Both the position numbers and the translations under genes were made by a program. 64,000 nt of DNA, from assembly GCA_965222225.1 (NCBI GenBank), contig CBDCTK010000002.1, positions 3,200,001-3,264,000 on the forward strand. Direction: 5' to 3'. Position 1 is the first letter of the stretch. Each line of letters begins with the position of its first letter. Positions 59,814-64,000 of this stretch are shown piece after piece. Source of the stretch: Candidatus Poribacteria bacterium (GTDB lineage: Bacteria; Poribacteria; WGA-4E; JAJDTR01). The notes beneath the pieces were generated by a model. It was not told the origin of the DNA. It ran no database searches and saw only the letters and a list, made by a program, of their open reading frames with translations.

Positions 59814-60083
59814 TCCCCAAATAAAGAGTTTTTTCGTAATCTGTAATAGTCAGACAGATGAAAGACGCTCACAGCTGTTTCCTGCTCGGCTTGGATTGCC
59901 AAATCCAAGCCTTTACCGATAAGATTATCAATCCGCGGAGCAGAGCGGTGTGTAAACCATCTCGTTGACTAATGCAAGTTTTTTCGTAATCGTAGTAATC
60001 AGCAACAGAATCGGGAACTGGATAATCCGGACTTCCATTTTTGCCCCGACAATTGGCAGTGAATCCACATTAAAAGCACAAGA

Positions 60084-61481
60084 ATGACTACACAGAGAAT
60101 CCAGACTAAAAACCCTATTCGATTATACCAACCAACCCCGACAGTTGCCCCAGTCATCGGACTGGACATTCTGGCACCTAGACGTGTCTATATCGAAACG
60201 TATGGCTGTCAAATGAATGTAAGTGACAGCGAGTTGATGACAGGCATCTTGACCAGAAGCGGACACCAAATTGCCAATCGAATTGAAGATGCCGATGTCA
60301 TTCTGCTCAACACATGCGCTATCCGGGAAAACGCCGAAACAAAGGTTATCAACCGTCTCAAGCAACTTAGCCACCGAAAGCGGAGACAGGATGACCTGAT
60401 TCTCGGCGTGTGTGGCTGTATGGCTCAGCACCTGCGCACAAAACTGGTAGAAGCTGCGCCATACGTGGATCTCGTGATGGGACCTGATGCTTATCGCGAC
60501 CTGCCGCGGGCGATAAACTCCGTAGCAAATGGCGACCCGTTCATCAACCTAAGACTAGATAAAACCGAGGATTACGCTGACATTGCCCCAATCCGCAAGG
60601 ATGGGCTGCGAGCGTGGTTGACAATTCAGCGAGGCTGCGACAAGATGTGCACCTTCTGTATCGTACCTTTCGTGCGGGGACGTGAACGCAGCATCCCGCT
60701 TCCGATCTTGGTCGACGACGTTAAACGACTTGTGGACGAAGCATTCAAGGAGATTGTCTTACTCGGTCAAACAGTGAACTCCTACAATGACGGAAAACAC
60801 AATTTCGCCGATCTTTTGTTTGCTGTGAGCAATGTCGAAGGAGTCGAGCGAGTACGTTTCACGTCACCTCACCCAAGCGACGCCACCGATGGGATGATTG
60901 ATGCGATGGCAAACTGCGCTCATGTGTGCAAGCACATTCATTTGCCGCTGCAATCAGGATCGACCAAAATCCTCAAGAAGATGCACCGCACCTACACAGC
61001 GGAGGAGTACCGCGCACTTGTCACGACGATGCGAGAGCGTGTTCCAAATCTGGCAATCTCCACGGATGTTATTGTCGGCTTCTGCGGCGAGACAGAGCAA
61101 GATTTCACGGAAACGTGTGATTTAATGCGCGAGATACGATACGACTGGGCGTTCATGTTCAATTACTCGCCCCGAGAAGGAACGCTCGCGCACAGAAGCC
61201 TTAACGACGACGTTAGCGAAGAAGAAAAAGGACGACGGCTGAGAACTGTCATAGAGCTACAGGAGGATATCTCCTACGAGATTAACCAAGAATCGGTCGG
61301 GAAACCCGTAAAGGTATTGGTTGAGGGTGAATCTCGACGGGAATCTGACAAATATCAGGGAAAATCCGACAACTTCAAAACAACGGTGTTCCCAAAGGAA
61401 AATGCTCAGATTGGTGACATTGTGAATGTGACCGTCGAGTCCGCCTCCGCACACACGCTAGTCGGAAGAATCACGATTTGA
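60084..61481 (+). CDS. miaB: tRNA methylthiotransferase MiaB
   Basis: TYGCQMNVSDSE, NTCAIRE, CDKMCTFC radical SAM motif, RFTSPHP, C-terminal TRAM. Confidence 0.95.
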   Translation: MTTQRIQTKNPIRLYQPTPTVAPVIGLDILAPRRVYIETYGCQMNVSDSELMTGILTRSGHQIANRIEDADVILLNTCAIRENAETKVINRLKQLSHRKRRQDDLILGVCGCMAQHLRTKLVEAAPYVDLVMGPDAYRDLPRAINSVANGDPFINLRLDKTEDYADIAPIRKDGLRAWLTIQRGCDKMCTFCIVPFVRGRERSIPLPILVDDVKRLVDEAFKEIVLLGQTVNSYNDGKHNFADLLFAVSNVEGVERVRFTSPHPSDATDGMIDAMANCAHVCKHIHLPLQSGSTKILKKMHRTYTAEEYRALVTTMRERVPNLAISTDVIVGFCGETEQDFTETCDLMREIRYDWAFMFNYSPREGTLAHRSLNDDVSEEEKGRRLRTVIELQEDISYEINQESVGKPVKVLVEGESRRESDKYQGKSDNFKTTVFPKENAQIGDIVNVTVESASAHTLVGRITI

Positions 61482-61611
61482 GGCAGTTTCAAGCGGCGCC
61501 GGTCATCCACAGTCTCAAGGCCATTCACTTAAACGGGTTATATGTATCCTTTAGGTCTTCAAGTTCAGCAACGTTAGCAAAAACAACGGGATTTCCACGA
61601 AAGGACTTCTA

Positions 61612-62553
61612 ATGTCTGCGACTGTTGCAATTGTCAAGTGCTCGACCTATTCTCAAGAAATGGTTGACCAAGCCATCTCTAATCTGCTGGAATTTCTCGG
61701 CGGAATCGGAAACTACGTGAAACCGGGAAACCGTGTTCTTCTAAAACCGAACCTTCTCGGGGCCTCTCACGCCGATGATCCGACAGCCACTCATCACACC
61801 GTGATGCACTCGCTAATTCGCCAAATACAGTCTGTCGGTGGAAAACCGTTTATTGGCGATTCGCCGGCATTTGGAAACGTAACAACAGTTGCGAGACAAT
61901 CGGGACTCATGAAGGTCGCCGAGGAGTTAGGCGTGCTGATCACCGATTGGACCGGCGGAGTGCGAGTGCCTGCCCCGAAATCCTACAGTCTACGAACTTA
62001 TAAGTTGGGGCGCGAGGTCGTAGAGGCGGATGTCGTGATTAACGTGCCAAAACTGAAAGTGCACCAGCAGATGCAACTGACCGCGGCAATCAAGAATAAC
62101 TTTGGTTGCGTACCCGGCAAGCGGAAAGCGCGTCTCCATTTCTCCCGTGGGCAGGACCGCGTCACATTTGGAAAGATGCTAATCGAATACTGCCAACTGA
62201 TTAAGCCTACGCTCACAGTTGTCGACGCAATCACTGCGATGGATAAAATGGGACCGCGTTACGGAAATCCCTATCCGCTCGGCATTTTGACTGCCGGGGT
62301 GGATGTAGTTGCATTGGACCGCGTGCATGCGGAAATAATCGGTCTACCAAATACGCAGTTCGATTTGATGAACGCTGCACGAGAACTCGGTGTCGGCGAA
62401 ACCGACTTGAAGAAGATTGAGATTCTAGGCGATCCTCTTTCGGAGGTGCAAGTGTCTGATTTCCAATTCCCGGGCCCGGTGCCGGTGAATTTCTCGCCGC
62501 TTCGAATTGCCAAGAGTACGCTCAAGCATCTTTGGGCAAAGCGTGTTGCCTAA
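61612..62553 (+). CDS. DUF362 family protein
   Basis: VLLKPNL, IGDSP, INVPKLKVH, AIKNNFGCVPG, DVVALD. Confidence 0.85.
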   Translation: MSATVAIVKCSTYSQEMVDQAISNLLEFLGGIGNYVKPGNRVLLKPNLLGASHADDPTATHHTVMHSLIRQIQSVGGKPFIGDSPAFGNVTTVARQSGLMKVAEELGVLITDWTGGVRVPAPKSYSLRTYKLGREVVEADVVINVPKLKVHQQMQLTAAIKNNFGCVPGKRKARLHFSRGQDRVTFGKMLIEYCQLIKPTLTVVDAITAMDKMGPRYGNPYPLGILTAGVDVVALDRVHAEIIGLPNTQFDLMNAARELGVGETDLKKIEILGDPLSEVQVSDFQFPGPVPVNFSPLRIAKSTLKHLWAKRVA

Positions 62554-62610
62554 CTTCGGACCGTGAGATGGCTGATGGTGAGGAGAAAATAAACAAATTC
62601 TCGGGGAAAT

Positions 62611-63405
62611 TTGATGTCAAAAATTAGAATCAAATCTCGACCTGAAATCGAAGCCATGCGACGTAGCGGTAGAGCAGCGTCCATTTTGTTACAAAGAATT
62701 GGAGAGGGTGTAGCGCCCGGTGTTTCAACCTACGAATTAGACCAAATTTCACGCACGACCATTGAAGAACTCGGTGGAATGTCATCATTTCTAGGCTACC
62801 AGCTTCCCGAACACGCCCCATATCCGGCAACGATTTGCGCCTCGATTAACGAAGAGATTATCCATGGCATTCCAAGCAAAGAGGTTATCCTGAAGGAAGG
62901 TGACATTATTGGTATTGATACCGCAATTTTTCTCGGCGGTTTCCATGGTGACAACGCTTTTACCTTTAAGGTAGGAGAAATTTCCAAAGATGCGCGAAAA
63001 TTGCTTGATGTGACCAAAGATTCGCTTTACGCCTCTATTAATGAGGCAAAACCGGGCAACCGATTGGGCGATGTATGCTACGCCGTGCAGGAATGTGTTG
63101 AAGCGCACGGATTCTCCGTCGCTCGAGATTTCGTTGGCCATGGAATCGGGCGCAGTATGCACGAATCTCCACAGGTGCCAAACTTTGGTGAACCCGGCAA
63201 GGGCATTCGGCTGAAACCCGGGATGGTACTTGCAATTGAGCCAATGGTGAACGCAGGGAGTTATGAGGCGGCCGTCCGTGAGGATGGGTGGACCACTGTT
63301 ACTGCGGACTCGAGTTTGTCCGCACACTTTGAACACACGGTAGCCATTCTCTCTGATGGACCGGAAATCTTGACTTACAATCCGGAACTTTGGGAAAGAG
63401 TCTAG
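62611..63405 (+). CDS. map: Type I methionine aminopeptidase
   Basis: CASINEEIIHGIP, GHGIGRSMHESP, AIEPM, SAHFEHT. Confidence 0.96.
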   Translation: MMSKIRIKSRPEIEAMRRSGRAASILLQRIGEGVAPGVSTYELDQISRTTIEELGGMSSFLGYQLPEHAPYPATICASINEEIIHGIPSKEVILKEGDIIGIDTAIFLGGFHGDNAFTFKVGEISKDARKLLDVTKDSLYASINEAKPGNRLGDVCYAVQECVEAHGFSVARDFVGHGIGRSMHESPQVPNFGEPGKGIRLKPGMVLAIEPMVNAGSYEAAVREDGWTTVTADSSLSAHFEHTVAILSDGPEILTYNPELWERV

Positions 63406-63413
63406 GCAAAAAA

Positions 63414-64000
63414 ATGAAGCTATCTCAAGCTCTCGGGGTAATTGCGACAGCGTTTCTGTTTTTGGCGATTTATCTCGTATTTAGCTATGCGCCAATCGAG
63501 AAGACCATGCTTGAAGTTCAAAAGATCTTCTATTTTCACGTTTCTTCTGCGTTCACCGTCTTCCTTGCTTTTGGCGTGACGTGTCTGTTCAGCCTCCTCT
63601 ATTTGATTAAACGAAATGACAAATATGACATGGTCGCTGCCGCATCCGCGGAGCTTGGAATTGTTTTCTGCACGATCGTGCTGCTCACGGGACCGATATG
63701 GGCGAAACCTGCATGGAATACGTGGTGGAACTGGGAACCGAGACTAACAAGCACGCTCATTCTCTGGCTGATGTATAGCGGCTACTTTATCTTGAGATCT
63801 GCGCTGACGGGGGAGAAGAAAAGAGTTTATGCCGCCGTATTGGGTATTCTCGCCTACTTGGATGTCCCGATTGTGTATTTCTCGGTGGAAGTCTGGCAAG
63901 GCAACCTGCACCCGGACACTAGCACGAAGATGAATCTACATCCGATGATGATCAAAACATGGATGTTGACTTGGCTTGCTTTAACGGTGGTCTATGTCTT
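63414..64000 (+). CDS. ccmC: Heme export/cytochrome c biogenesis protein CcmC (partial, runs off the window end)
   Basis: Not in the ORF track; my translation gives MKLSQALG...IFYFHV...TGPIWAKPAWNTWWNWEPRLT (WWD motif)...LHP. Confidence 0.88.
   Translation, partial: MKLSQALGVIATAFLFLAIYLVFSYAPIEKTMLEVQKIFYFHVSSAFTVFLAFGVTCLFSLLYLIKRNDKYDMVAAASAELGIVFCTIVLLTGPIWAKPAWNTWWNWEPRLTSTLILWLMYSGYFILRSALTGEKKRVYAAVLGILAYLDVPIVYFSVEVWQGNLHPDTSTKMNLHPMMIKTWMLTWLALTVVYV

Noticed and set aside
1-64000. tRNA, rRNA or known riboswitch
   Set aside because: None recognised by eye; tRNAscan/Infernal would be needed to exclude divergent ones.

Overview
This is a 64 kb bacterial chromosomal segment, most likely Candidatus Poribacteria. 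That assignment is inferred from LamG and FG-GAP secreted proteins with a 'TWG.IK'-type C-terminal motif, sulfatases, DUF6785-like membrane proteins and an archaeal-type pantoate kinase/PPS pair. Main contents: (1) an ~18.5 kb defence island lying between two LamG paralogues, encoding an SspBCD-SspFGH-SspA DNA phosphorothioation system, a divergent HEPN-motif gene, and an internal GIY-YIG + DGQHR pair that is disrupted as read; (2) an accessory region with orphan genes, a truncated metalloprotease and an IS630 remnant; (3) a diverged ~4.7-5 kb tandem duplication joined at a 10-bp microhomology; (4) housekeeping genes (accD, topA, polX, moaC, PoK/PPS, miaB, map, ccmC). The most striking unexplained signal is a dispersed 35-37 nt micro-element, ATCAA-NN-GA-NN-GAATA-N'N'-GA-N'N'-GCGATAG-N3-4-TCC. 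Its variable dinucleotides covary as base pairs. It is inserted without target duplication at G^C inside an IS630 ORF and inside a REP palindrome, and it repeatedly nests inside copies of itself. All alignments were done by eye and no database searches were run.
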